Below are positions 55,633 through 63,667 of a stretch of DNA of 64,000 nt, in pieces. The translations under genes and the position numbers were made by a program. Under the pieces are notes generated by a model. That model was not told the origin of the DNA. It made no database searches and saw only the letters and a program-made list of their open reading frames with translations. The stretch comes from a virus. Its lineage: Duplodnaviria > Caudoviricetes. The DNA is taken from the IMG/VR virus record IMGVR_UViG_3300031993_000007. One strand, given 5' to 3'. Position 1 is the stretch's first letter; every line of letters starts with the position of its first letter.

Positions 55633-55866
55633 CTACTTAATAATCTTTACTTCATAGCTTCCAATGGGCAAGTCCAAGATTTGTCCAGAGTAAAACCATA
55701 CTCGCAGGACAGATTTGTCTGCTATCCACTGGTAGTTTCGTGCATCTTCTAGGACGTATATGGCCGGAGCTTTCCAGTCCGGTTGTTTCACTTCAATTCT
55801 AATTGGCTTGGATCCTGCGAAGGCCAACCCAACCATTAGTAATGCAATCCACAAAATCTTCTTCAT
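55633..55866 (-). CDS. Small secreted protein
   Basis: MKKILWIALLMVGLAFA signal peptide. Confidence 0.7.
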   Translation of the reverse strand: MKKILWIALLMVGLAFAGSKPIRIEVKQPDWKAPAIYVLEDARNYQWIADKSVLRVWFYSGQILDLPIGSYEVKIIK

Positions 55867-55911
55867 ATTCTTCTCCAGGTTGAACATTTAAGAGTTTTCC
55901 CCTGATAGATT

Positions 55912-56241
55912 TCACTGAATTAGCTCCTTATACCAGTTTTCAAACGTTGTAAAAGCTTCTGTACACCATGCGGTTGAGGCGTGCTTTTTCCAATCTGTAA
56001 GCAAAACAGGAATAGTTGCAAGCGGATCAATTTTCATCTCATCTAGCATCTTTGTTATGATGGGGCTAGCTTTCATTATGAAATCAAAACTCTTCGTCTC
56101 TTGGTCGTTTGCAAATCTTATAATAACACTAGCCTCTTCATCAGATAGCTTAAAGGCTTTTTGGATTTCATCATATAGCCCAAAAATCTGAATGTGAAGT
56201 ACGTACCAAAGGCGATCTCTCGTTATGCCTTCATCCATCAC
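55912..56241 (-). CDS. DP-turn family (array member 13)
   Basis: LDEMKIDPLATIPVLL...YKELIQ. Confidence 0.8.
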   Translation of the reverse strand: MMDEGITRDRLWYVLHIQIFGLYDEIQKAFKLSDEEASVIIRFANDQETKSFDFIMKASPIITKMLDEMKIDPLATIPVLLTDWKKHASTAWCTEAFTTFENWYKELIQ

Positions 56242-56645
56242 GATATCAACCTCCTGAATAGCTCACCAGAATCCCAGAAGTCTGCACAAGTAGTGTGGTT
56301 ATTAAAGAAATCACGGATATAACGACTGTGCATGACTTCTAGAATCTCCGGCACAAAACACAGTGGGTCGGATAAGATGATCTCAGCAATTCGATTAGAT
56401 AACGGTGTGCTGTAGAATTTAGCACATGCGATTGGATCGATTCTCCAAAACTGATTGCCATTCTTTAGTTGCTCGTAAGCCCTAGAATACTTGATTAGAG
56501 ATTTGAATTCTTCATATTCCTCATCAGTCATTTTAAAGACTTCACGCTTAGTCTCAAGAAGACTCTTCATACTATTGAATGGTTTCAAGTACGCATTCAC
56601 TATCCAGAAAGCTTCTTTAATTTTTTCAGCAGTTATTTCATTCAA
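56238..56645 (-). CDS. DP-turn family (12)
   Basis: IAEIILSDPLCFVPEIL...FRRLIS. Confidence 0.8.
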   Translation of the reverse strand: MNEITAEKIKEAFWIVNAYLKPFNSMKSLLETKREVFKMTDEEYEEFKSLIKYSRAYEQLKNGNQFWRIDPIACAKFYSTPLSNRIAEIILSDPLCFVPEILEVMHSRYIRDFFNNHTTCADFWDSGELFRRLIS

Positions 56646-56647
56646 GA

Positions 56648-57016
56648 TTATCCCTCGAATAATTTGCGAATAGCGTTTTTAGAGTTGGTGATGAGTGTGA
56701 TGTCTCTGGAAGACTCGTAAGCAAGGCTCTCGTTCGGCACGGCTTTGTCCACCTGTGCGATACAAGTTAGCGGATCGGTTTGGATCCATTTGAGGATGAG
56801 GTTCCCAATCTCGCATTTGCAAAACTTGCGTCTAAGAGTCTTGTTACGAGAAGCATTGTCTAGGCATTCCCCTAAAGCGTGCCTTAGTCTCTGTACTTGA
56901 ATTGGTTTCAAAGGAATATTCTCTACCAGCGTACTAAAGCTATTATAGTAGGTCGCCATTACAGCGATATACCAAAAAGCCAGCTTAAGCCTATGGGCAT
57001 CCTCATCTTCTTTCAC
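56648..57016 (-). CDS. DP-turn family (11)
   Basis: ILKWIQTDPLTCIAQV. Confidence 0.8.
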   Translation of the reverse strand: MKEDEDAHRLKLAFWYIAVMATYYNSFSTLVENIPLKPIQVQRLRHALGECLDNASRNKTLRRKFCKCEIGNLILKWIQTDPLTCIAQVDKAVPNESLAYESSRDITLITNSKNAIRKLFEG

Positions 57017-57603
57017 TGGATCATCCGCCTAGCTACTTGATAAATATAGTCATAGCCGTCGCCCTTGTCATACCCAAGGATAGCTGACAGCGCATCAACA
57101 CCTTGAGTAAATTCCAAAGGACAGCTTGTATAAAAGTTCCAAAGCCCCTTCTCAGTAGTGGGGAATCCAAACTTCACAAAGATATCATGAATCTTTGTAG
57201 CATTTTCTGCAATTGCAAATTCTGTATTTACGGAAGGACTTATATGTCGCAGATACTTTTTGTTGTAACGCAGCTTAGACATCAGTGCTAAATCTTTGGC
57301 AGATAGCTCCTTAATCTGAGCTAGAGTGATCCGCTCTAGATACAATAAGGCTTCGATGCCTTCTGATTCTAAAGCAGTCGTGCGAAGATCAAGCGCCAAT
57401 TTAGAATTTACATTTTCTCCTTTAGCTGCCGATCGCACAAACTTGGTGACAAAGATGAATCCATCAACCAAAGCCAAAGCCAGTATAGCCACCACAACGG
57501 TTAAGACGATTTGACTAGTTTCTTTGGCAACACTACTAGCTAACGCAAGGCTTATAAGAAAGCATACGATGTAGCTAATAAGATGAATGGTTTCCTTGCT
57601 CAT
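57013..57603 (-). CDS. DP-turn family (10), with two N-terminal TM helices
   Basis: FYTSCPLEF...ARRMIQ. Confidence 0.7.
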   Translation of the reverse strand: MSKETIHLISYIVCFLISLALASSVAKETSQIVLTVVVAILALALVDGFIFVTKFVRSAAKGENVNSKLALDLRTTALESEGIEALLYLERITLAQIKELSAKDLALMSKLRYNKKYLRHISPSVNTEFAIAENATKIHDIFVKFGFPTTEKGLWNFYTSCPLEFTQGVDALSAILGYDKGDGYDYIYQVARRMIQ

Positions 57604-57616
57604 ATTGCGATTTCTC

Positions 57617-58030
57617 CTATTGTATTAGGTTTTGAAGGTTGATACAATCTTTCTCCAAGGTGGGAGAGGTTGTATAGTTCTCGTTGATAATAATCTTTAT
57701 TGCATCAGCTAGGAAAGAAACATAGCGGTAAGGATTAATCAAGACCTCATCAACCAGCTCGTTGAATACCTTTCCCTTGAAGAATTTAACCTTAGCATCG
57801 CTCTTTCCAACTCCGACGTACGCAAGTTTAAGATTCTGGTACTCACTAGATTTCTTTTCAAATCCTAAATACTTCGTCAGCTTGTCGTATATGTCAGCAT
57901 CGATTGAGCACCAGATAGCAGACCAGACAGCAATTTTGATATTGGTAGTCCGGGCGGGTTCGGTGTTAACCCTTCCAAGATAGGTCAGGTACCGCCTAGA
58001 CCAATTGTTGTCTTTTGTAAATTTATTCAT
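57617..58030 (-). CDS. DP-turn family (9)
   Basis: LVDEVLINPYRYVSFL...LQNLIQ. Confidence 0.8.
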   Translation of the reverse strand: MNKFTKDNNWSRRYLTYLGRVNTEPARTTNIKIAVWSAIWCSIDADIYDKLTKYLGFEKKSSEYQNLKLAYVGVGKSDAKVKFFKGKVFNELVDEVLINPYRYVSFLADAIKIIINENYTTSPTLEKDCINLQNLIQ

Positions 58031-58047
58031 TACGTTAGAAAATCCTC

Positions 58048-58494
58048 TTAGCATAATAGACCTTTAATAGTTTTAGCAGCAGCTTCGACCTCGGCATTCC
58101 ATTTGGCAATATCTTCCGGACTAGCGTTAAAACTATTCCAGAGGATGTCATCCAAAGTCTTTGGCTCCTCTAGAATTTTTAGCAGCTTCGGAGCATAGAT
58201 AATTGGATCGACCATTGTCTGTTTAGTCCACTCTGTGACCATCTGAAATTCCATAGAAACTTTTGTGTCAATGTTTTCTAAGAGGATCTTTTCAGATTGT
58301 TCTACAGCCTTGATGAAATCCTTGTAAAGTGGATCGCTGGGGCTAACCATTTGTTCTCTTGGGTCATACTGAAGAAAACTTATAACTAAATCCAGATTAA
58401 AGACTTCACAGAAGTACTTAGCATTGAAAACTGTATTCCTCTTGCACTTTCTGTAAGCTACTTTTATGGCCTGAAAGACATCATCTTTTGTCAT
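58048..58494 (-). CDS. DP-turn family (8)
   Basis: TKQTMVDPIIYAPKLL...IKGLLC. Confidence 0.8.
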   Translation of the reverse strand: MTKDDVFQAIKVAYRKCKRNTVFNAKYFCEVFNLDLVISFLQYDPREQMVSPSDPLYKDFIKAVEQSEKILLENIDTKVSMEFQMVTEWTKQTMVDPIIYAPKLLKILEEPKTLDDILWNSFNASPEDIAKWNAEVEAAAKTIKGLLC

Positions 58495-58907
58495 TGTAAC
58501 AAACTCCTTAAAGTGGATTTAATCATCATAATTTCAGGTGAATTCTCTTTCATAACTCCAAGTGGATTAGTCAAAGTGGCATCGTAAATATCAGCAATCC
58601 TTTCTAGTCTCTTGGCATAGGCTAGTGGGTCTACTTTGATGTTATCGACACCTCTTATAAAATTCTCGTTCTGGAACAAGCGCTTCTTGAATCTGGCATT
58701 ATTCAGAGGTTTCCTAGTAATCGGGTCAAACCGCTCTATGCTCTTGCGCAACAGCCGCTTGGTATCTCGATCAGTGATCTTTAATACTTCGTTGCAAAGC
58801 ATTCCAAGTAGTCCTTCGTCTTCTGTATAATTGATGCGGCTGTCCAATTTACTAGCATACTCCATTACCTTAAATACGGCTTCTTCTATAGTCATAAAGT
58901 AATTCAT
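58491..58907 (-). CDS. DP-turn family (7)
   Basis: VDNIKVDPLAYAKRL...LRSLLQ. Confidence 0.8.
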   Translation of the reverse strand: MNYFMTIEEAVFKVMEYASKLDSRINYTEDEGLLGMLCNEVLKITDRDTKRLLRKSIERFDPITRKPLNNARFKKRLFQNENFIRGVDNIKVDPLAYAKRLERIADIYDATLTNPLGVMKENSPEIMMIKSTLRSLLQ

Positions 58908-59500
58908 TGAATTAATTTCTCCAAGATATTAATATACTTCTTTTCATACTTTCGAGCTTCCTCTTGGTCATAGTCATGATAGGTGATTCCTTTGTCTGCA
59001 AGCTCGCCAGTGTCTAAGAAGTTGACTTTATCCCAAGGAATAATGTTTCCGTTCCTATCTTCATAGCCGCAGTTATTGCCAGCTTCATGAAAAGAGTACA
59101 TCTCAGATCTAATTAGCTCTACCAGCGGAGGAACAAACTTCATAGGATCAACTAGAACTTCTCTAGCTGCCTTAAGAAGCCAGTCGCACATGCTGTGCTC
59201 TAGTTCGTCATCATCAATGACGGAATGGCATTCATCATACAGATCAAAGGTCAAAGGATCTAGCAGATCTTTATAGCGATCCAGCATTGTTGATAGCCGC
59301 TCAATCGAAAATGTGTTGAATGGCCCTTTATTCGGATTATCGACATTAGCACAAAAGTCAAAGAATATCTTGTGATTTGTCTTCGTCTTATCGCGATGAT
59401 ACATTCCTTCTGCAAAATCGTAGTAATGCTCATAGAAACATAAGACAATGGCTTCTACGATTTCCATCTCCTGTTCGGTCATTTGGTCTTTGTTATACAT
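58904..59500 (-). CDS. DP-turn family (6)
   Basis: AREVLVDPMKFVPPLV...LEKLIQ. Confidence 0.8.
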   Translation of the reverse strand: MYNKDQMTEQEMEIVEAIVLCFYEHYYDFAEGMYHRDKTKTNHKIFFDFCANVDNPNKGPFNTFSIERLSTMLDRYKDLLDPLTFDLYDECHSVIDDDELEHSMCDWLLKAAREVLVDPMKFVPPLVELIRSEMYSFHEAGNNCGYEDRNGNIIPWDKVNFLDTGELADKGITYHDYDQEEARKYEKKYINILEKLIQ

Positions 59501-60006
59501 TGATCTCCCTCAACTAAGTTTCTAAGAGTACCAATACAAATTTTAACAAAATTCTTGCTGTCTTCCTGAAGGTCCATGCGAATTTGTTGATTCTGATTGC
59601 CGGAGCCTTCCAAGCTGTCTTTAACAAAATCACCATTCGAGATAACTTCTTCCATCTTGAAAATGTAATGAATAGGATCCAAGATTATCTCTTCTGTACA
59701 GATTTTTATAGCAAGGATTTGTCGGTAGTCCGTTTTCCAGCACTTGATAACTGTAGGTATCTCTTGAGGACTTATAGAGCTAACCCAATCAAGTACATGG
59801 CTAAATTCTCGGCTGTCATTACAGAAACATTCCGCGCAATGCTTACTGGCGCTCTGGAAGAGCCAGTCACGATCATGAGTATTTCTGCACGAATACACAT
59901 ACAGAACAAAGCATACCGCTACAGCTTCTTCCGTGTGAGAGAAGTGCGTTATTCCTCCTGTTGCATCTCGTACCCATAAACCTGTATTTTCTTCTTCAAT
60001 TTCCAT
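59479..60006 (-). CDS. DP-turn family (5)
   Basis: TEEIILDPIHYIFKM...LRNLV. Confidence 0.8.
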   Translation of the reverse strand: MEIEEENTGLWVRDATGGITHFSHTEEAVAVCFVLYVYSCRNTHDRDWLFQSASKHCAECFCNDSREFSHVLDWVSSISPQEIPTVIKCWKTDYRQILAIKICTEEIILDPIHYIFKMEEVISNGDFVKDSLEGSGNQNQQIRMDLQEDSKNFVKICIGTLRNLVEGDQCITKTK

Positions 60007-60007
60007 A

Positions 60008-60448
60008 TTACTCCAGTAGGGTTTTAAAGTGGTCTCGGTGAATTTTAAGCGTAGCTTTTTGGATACGCCCTCCGATAAATCCGTTTATAGCTTTATCAAA
60101 AGCTGCTGTAACTTTCGGGCATACTTCTATGGCATTTACAATGATGGAAATCATTACGTCAGTCACAATTCGGACTTCTTGATCATTTATCCAGTAGGCG
60201 ATGGCTTCTCTGGTGGAATATCCTCTGATTTTACATTGCCATAGGATTTCTATGAAATAACCAAAAGAGCGATTATCCTTGCAGATAGATTCCTTGCAAA
60301 GAATTTCTGATAAATCTTTACAAAGATCTTTGTATTGATCAGGAGACAGCGGCGTGGAATCTTTGTCTAAAGCACAGATATCCGTCAGATGGATTAGATC
60401 CTCAAGATACTCAAGGTGCTTATCCTGAAATTGGTTTAAGTAGGCCAT
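60008..60448 (-). CDS. DP-turn family (4, divergent)
   Basis: IVNAIEVCPKV...FKTLLE. Confidence 0.7.
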   Translation of the reverse strand: MAYLNQFQDKHLEYLEDLIHLTDICALDKDSTPLSPDQYKDLCKDLSEILCKESICKDNRSFGYFIEILWQCKIRGYSTREAIAYWINDQEVRIVTDVMISIIVNAIEVCPKVTAAFDKAINGFIGGRIQKATLKIHRDHFKTLLE

Positions 60449-60449
60449 A

Positions 60450-60902
60450 CTATCCTTGGATTAAAGATTGAAGATTCTTGATGTACCCTTCGATTTCTAT
60501 CATTTCCTTACTGGCATAGAAATGAGAGTCTTCAAGGCTAGAAGTAATATTAAACATGTTTTCGCATACTTTGAAACGCTCATTAAAGACTTCAACCATC
60601 TTTGGAACTATGGTAGCCGGATTAAGAACAATCTCATTGACCAATTCTGTCACAGAATTCTCGTGTAAGTAATTCTTGAAGGATTTGCCAATCTCAGAAT
60701 CGATCTGAATATCTCCAAATATTACGCAACAAATCAACGAATGATTAACATCACTGAACAGATATCCAAATTCTTCTTTGTATTTCGGATCCTCAGCTCC
60801 AGAAGATCCGAGCTTATTACTAACGATGCAGTGACATCTCCAAAAGATCTTATAGATTTTTAGATAATCGACTCCATCAAGTTTGACTGGAGGTCTAAAC
60901 AT
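60450..60902 (-). CDS. DP-turn family (3)
   Basis: VNEIVLNPATIVPKMV...LQSLIQG. Confidence 0.8.
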   Translation of the reverse strand: MFRPPVKLDGVDYLKIYKIFWRCHCIVSNKLGSSGAEDPKYKEEFGYLFSDVNHSLICCVIFGDIQIDSEIGKSFKNYLHENSVTELVNEIVLNPATIVPKMVEVFNERFKVCENMFNITSSLEDSHFYASKEMIEIEGYIKNLQSLIQG

Positions 60903-61246
60903 AACTTCCCTTCATTCAAAAAGTGTTTACGAATTTCGTCTATGATTTGTACGCCACTTCCCTCTTCCATCCACATATTGCAATGAATGCTAAACGGTTC
61001 TAGATCCTTAAAGACTTTTCTCAATGGCATAAGATACTTGTCCGGATCCAGACTTATGGCACGCTCTAGCTTCGATTCAATATCTGAAAGTAGGTAGAGG
61101 CTTTCGTCCTGCCACTTTATCCATATAGCTAGTCTGGTATTGTCAATGCTGAATTCTTCTTTCATAAAATCCAAGCAATGATCACCAATAGCTTCTGTCA
61201 TGTACAAGCACTTCGAAAGCATTTTAGCAAAGATGTATTTCTGCAT
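60860..61246 (-). CDS. DP-turn family (2)
   Basis: LERAISLDPDKYLMPL. Confidence 0.8.
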   Translation of the reverse strand: MQKYIFAKMLSKCLYMTEAIGDHCLDFMKEEFSIDNTRLAIWIKWQDESLYLLSDIESKLERAISLDPDKYLMPLRKVFKDLEPFSIHCNMWMEEGSGVQIIDEIRKHFLNEGKLCLDLQSNLMESII

Positions 61247-61252
61247 AGTTTC

Positions 61253-61663
61253 TCACTGAAGAAGATGAAGACTCTCTAGAAATTCTTCCTCTGCGACTAC
61301 AAGCGGAGGATTTAAAGCGATTTTCTTGTATCGCTCTAGGAATGGAAGATAGAACCTTATCGGATCTAGTTTCATTAAATCATAGATTGCCTGAGCATTT
61401 TCAATGACTTCTTTCTTGATGCTTGGATAAATCGTGAAATTAGTAACAGCAACATCCCAGTTACTCTTCAAGACAACTATCTGCCAAGGATCTATCCCAG
61501 ATTCTTCTTTAATACTGCTCAGAAGAGTGTCATAAGTATGAATGCGAAGAGTGCGGCAGTACTTTTCTACGATGTTAATTAGCTGCGATGCCGTATCTAT
61601 ATCAAGAATTTTCTTTTGTCTTGATTCTTCGCTTGACTTTGTAGTTTCTTCCGTACTTGACAA
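61253..61663 (-). CDS. DP-turn family (1)
   Basis: IYDLMKLDPIRFYLPFL...LHLLQ; likely TTG start 61663 after GGAGG. Confidence 0.75.
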   Translation of the reverse strand: MSSTEETTKSSEESRQKKILDIDTASQLINIVEKYCRTLRIHTYDTLLSSIKEESGIDPWQIVVLKSNWDVAVTNFTIYPSIKKEVIENAQAIYDLMKLDPIRFYLPFLERYKKIALNPPLVVAEEEFLESLHLLQ

Positions 61664-61997
61664 GGTAGATTCCTCCACTTTTGAGAATTGCACTAACAGG
61701 AATGACTTTGCGATCTCCGGTATAGCCACTATAGACTAAGGATATCCCGGTGTCCTCGTTAGTAGATTCAAGGATATCTCTGATAGCTCTGGCATAGTAA
61801 AACTTTTCAACCGGAGTATCATTGAAGTCAATGTTGAACAGGAGCTGGTTTGAATCTCGATCGAACTCAACTCCGTAAGGGACACTTCCATTAATGGGAA
61901 GCACATTAGGAAATAACTCTAGCCTAACCGTTCCAATCACATTCTCTTTGAAGCGGCTGAAAGATTTAAGTAATCCTTTGGATTTTGATGTGTACAT
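61602..61997 (-). CDS. Hypothetical protein, first gene of the DP-array operon
   Basis: Start ATG 61997 after GAGG. Confidence 0.7.
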   Translation of the reverse strand: MYTSKSKGLLKSFSRFKENVIGTVRLELFPNVLPINGSVPYGVEFDRDSNQLLFNIDFNDTPVEKFYYARAIRDILESTNEDTGISLVYSGYTGDRKVIPVSAILKSGGIYLVKYGRNYKVKRRIKTKENS

Positions 61998-62021
61998 TTT
62001 TACCTCTTGATGTTCAAGATA

Positions 62022-62061
62022 TAATATACTATAAAAAATAAAAGCGCACCCTAAGGTGCGC
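62022..62061 (-). promoter_or_regulatory. Terminator + early promoter cassette
   Basis: TATATTA 62022-62028; hairpin 62044-62061. Confidence 0.8.
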
Positions 62062-62067
62062 CTTGTT

Positions 62068-62853
62068 TTATTCTTCAACCATTTCCAAGTTGGGGTTAAA
62101 CGCCGGGATGTTGAGCATCCTACGTTTGAATTCGTTAGTCTTCATACGAGCAATGATAGCTTGCTTCACACCTTCAGTAATGTTCTTACCGTCGTTGCGA
62201 ATGAAGTCATCAATGTCTGCGTACTTCAGACCCATCTTGGCTTCGTCAGATTGTCCAGAGAGTCCGTCAGCTGGAGTCTTGAGAACAAGATCTTCAGGAA
62301 GACCCAGTTCGAGACCTAGCTTGCGGACTTCAGTCTTGGTGAGGTTTCCAAGCGGAGCAAAGGATCCCATGTCTGCCCAGAGGGTAAAATAACCCATCAT
62401 CAGTTCAGACAAGTTTGCAGTGCAGACCACCACAGATTCTGGAATGTAAGCCTGAGCAATGCCGAATTCGACAGCTTGGCGAACACGAGGAACCATGTTG
62501 ATCTTTGCTTGCATATTCAGATCACCGCCCTTAGCTGGGCCAGCGAGACGGATCGTAGCTTCGGTAGCCATGCAGGCTAGAGCGAGGTTAGCTTCAATGG
62601 TATGAATGACACCAGCGGCCTTTGCAGCGCGCTTAGCATCTTCAAAGTCTGCCTGAATACCATTAGGCATGAATATGCCAAAAACGTGATCCGGGCCGAT
62701 AGATTCGGTCAAGAGCCTTGCGATGACAGTAGAGTCAGTTCCGCCGGAAATACCCAGCACAACATTCTTTGCATGGCACGAAGCCACAGTGTCAACTGTC
62801 CAGCTTTTCATAGCCTGAACGGTATTGCGGTAGTCTTTGATTGCTTTCATCAT
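62068..62853 (-). CDS. nadE: NH3-dependent NAD+ synthetase
   Basis: LGISGGTDS PP-loop; N..PRVR; TANLSE..MGYFT...D; PLGNLTKTEV; KTPADGL..QSDE. Confidence 0.93.
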   Translation of the reverse strand: MMKAIKDYRNTVQAMKSWTVDTVASCHAKNVVLGISGGTDSTVIARLLTESIGPDHVFGIFMPNGIQADFEDAKRAAKAAGVIHTIEANLALACMATEATIRLAGPAKGGDLNMQAKINMVPRVRQAVEFGIAQAYIPESVVVCTANLSELMMGYFTLWADMGSFAPLGNLTKTEVRKLGLELGLPEDLVLKTPADGLSGQSDEAKMGLKYADIDDFIRNDGKNITEGVKQAIIARMKTNEFKRRMLNIPAFNPNLEMVEE

Positions 62854-63419
62854 TAGACAATTACCTCGATCATGATGGCCTTAGCAATAGCAATAGCGTG
62901 CTGATGGTTTTCCGGAGTCGTACCAGCCGAATAGCGAGAATCCCAAACGATCTTCTTATCCGGGAACAGGGTACGAAGGATAACAAGGTTAGAAATCACA
63001 CAAATGTCGGATACAAAGCCGACAACCGTAATGCTTTCTGCCTGAGAGATGATCCTGTCAAATTGACGATCGCACCAATCAAAAGTACCGAAAGATTCCT
63101 TGGTGATATCCTTGTAGTACTTTTCCTTGAGGCTTTCCTTAATTTCAGGAACGATTCCCCATCCACAGTTGTCTTCGTCGCGATATGCCTTGTCGTCATC
63201 GCCGATGCAATGCTTCAGGCCATCCGAAGACTTGAGTTTCTGGCCTTCAAGAGTATAGTCATACAACTTGTCTTCATGGGTGTCGTGAGTTACGACAACC
63301 GGCCCTTCCCAGTCACGAATAAGCTTAGCCAGAGAAGGAATAACCTTCTGGGCTGCTTCGTTCTTTAGAGCTCCGGTAACGAAGTCAATTTGCGGGTCGA
63401 TTACTGCTAAAGTATTCAT
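62853..63419 (-). CDS. pncA: Nicotinamidase (isochorismatase family)
   Basis: VIDPQIDF, THDTH, KHC, K..FG, GFVSDICV. Confidence 0.88.
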   Translation of the reverse strand: MNTLAVIDPQIDFVTGALKNEAAQKVIPSLAKLIRDWEGPVVVTHDTHEDKLYDYTLEGQKLKSSDGLKHCIGDDDKAYRDEDNCGWGIVPEIKESLKEKYYKDITKESFGTFDWCDRQFDRIISQAESITVVGFVSDICVISNLVILRTLFPDKKIVWDSRYSAGTTPENHQHAIAIAKAIMIEVIV

Positions 63420-63667
63420 TTTTTCTCCTTGGGTGGAATTGTTAGGATAGATTCAACTTTTCTGGTTTCTTTAACGATCTGGACTTCCTTCTTAGGATGC
63501 CTTTTCTGGATATAATCAGCATGTTCCTTAGCACGCTCTTGTGTATCCATTGGATCGCTGTAGAACATTGTTCCGTCTATATCTACGTATGTACGGAAGT
63601 ATGTTTCTGTAAAATTTACTCTGCCACCGGGATGGTCGCAGATGACACTAGTTGGCTTGCCTGTCAT
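63416..63667 (-). CDS. Hypothetical protein
   Basis: 83 aa, coupled within NAD cluster. Confidence 0.65.
   Translation of the reverse strand: MTGKPTSVICDHPGGRVNFTETYFRTYVDIDGTMFYSDPMDTQERAKEHADYIQKRHPKKEVQIVKETRKVESILTIPPKEKK

Noticed and set aside
55912-61729. Diversity-generating retroelement behind the DP-family variation
   Set aside because: No reverse transcriptase and no near-identical TR/VR pair with adenine-specific differences visible in this window.
30912-62078. Extended N-termini in the ORF track (31004, 44028, 47516, 51262, 62078; also 6366)
   Set aside because: They run through terminator/promoter cassettes or upstream intergenic DNA; downstream ATGs with strong SD are the credible starts.
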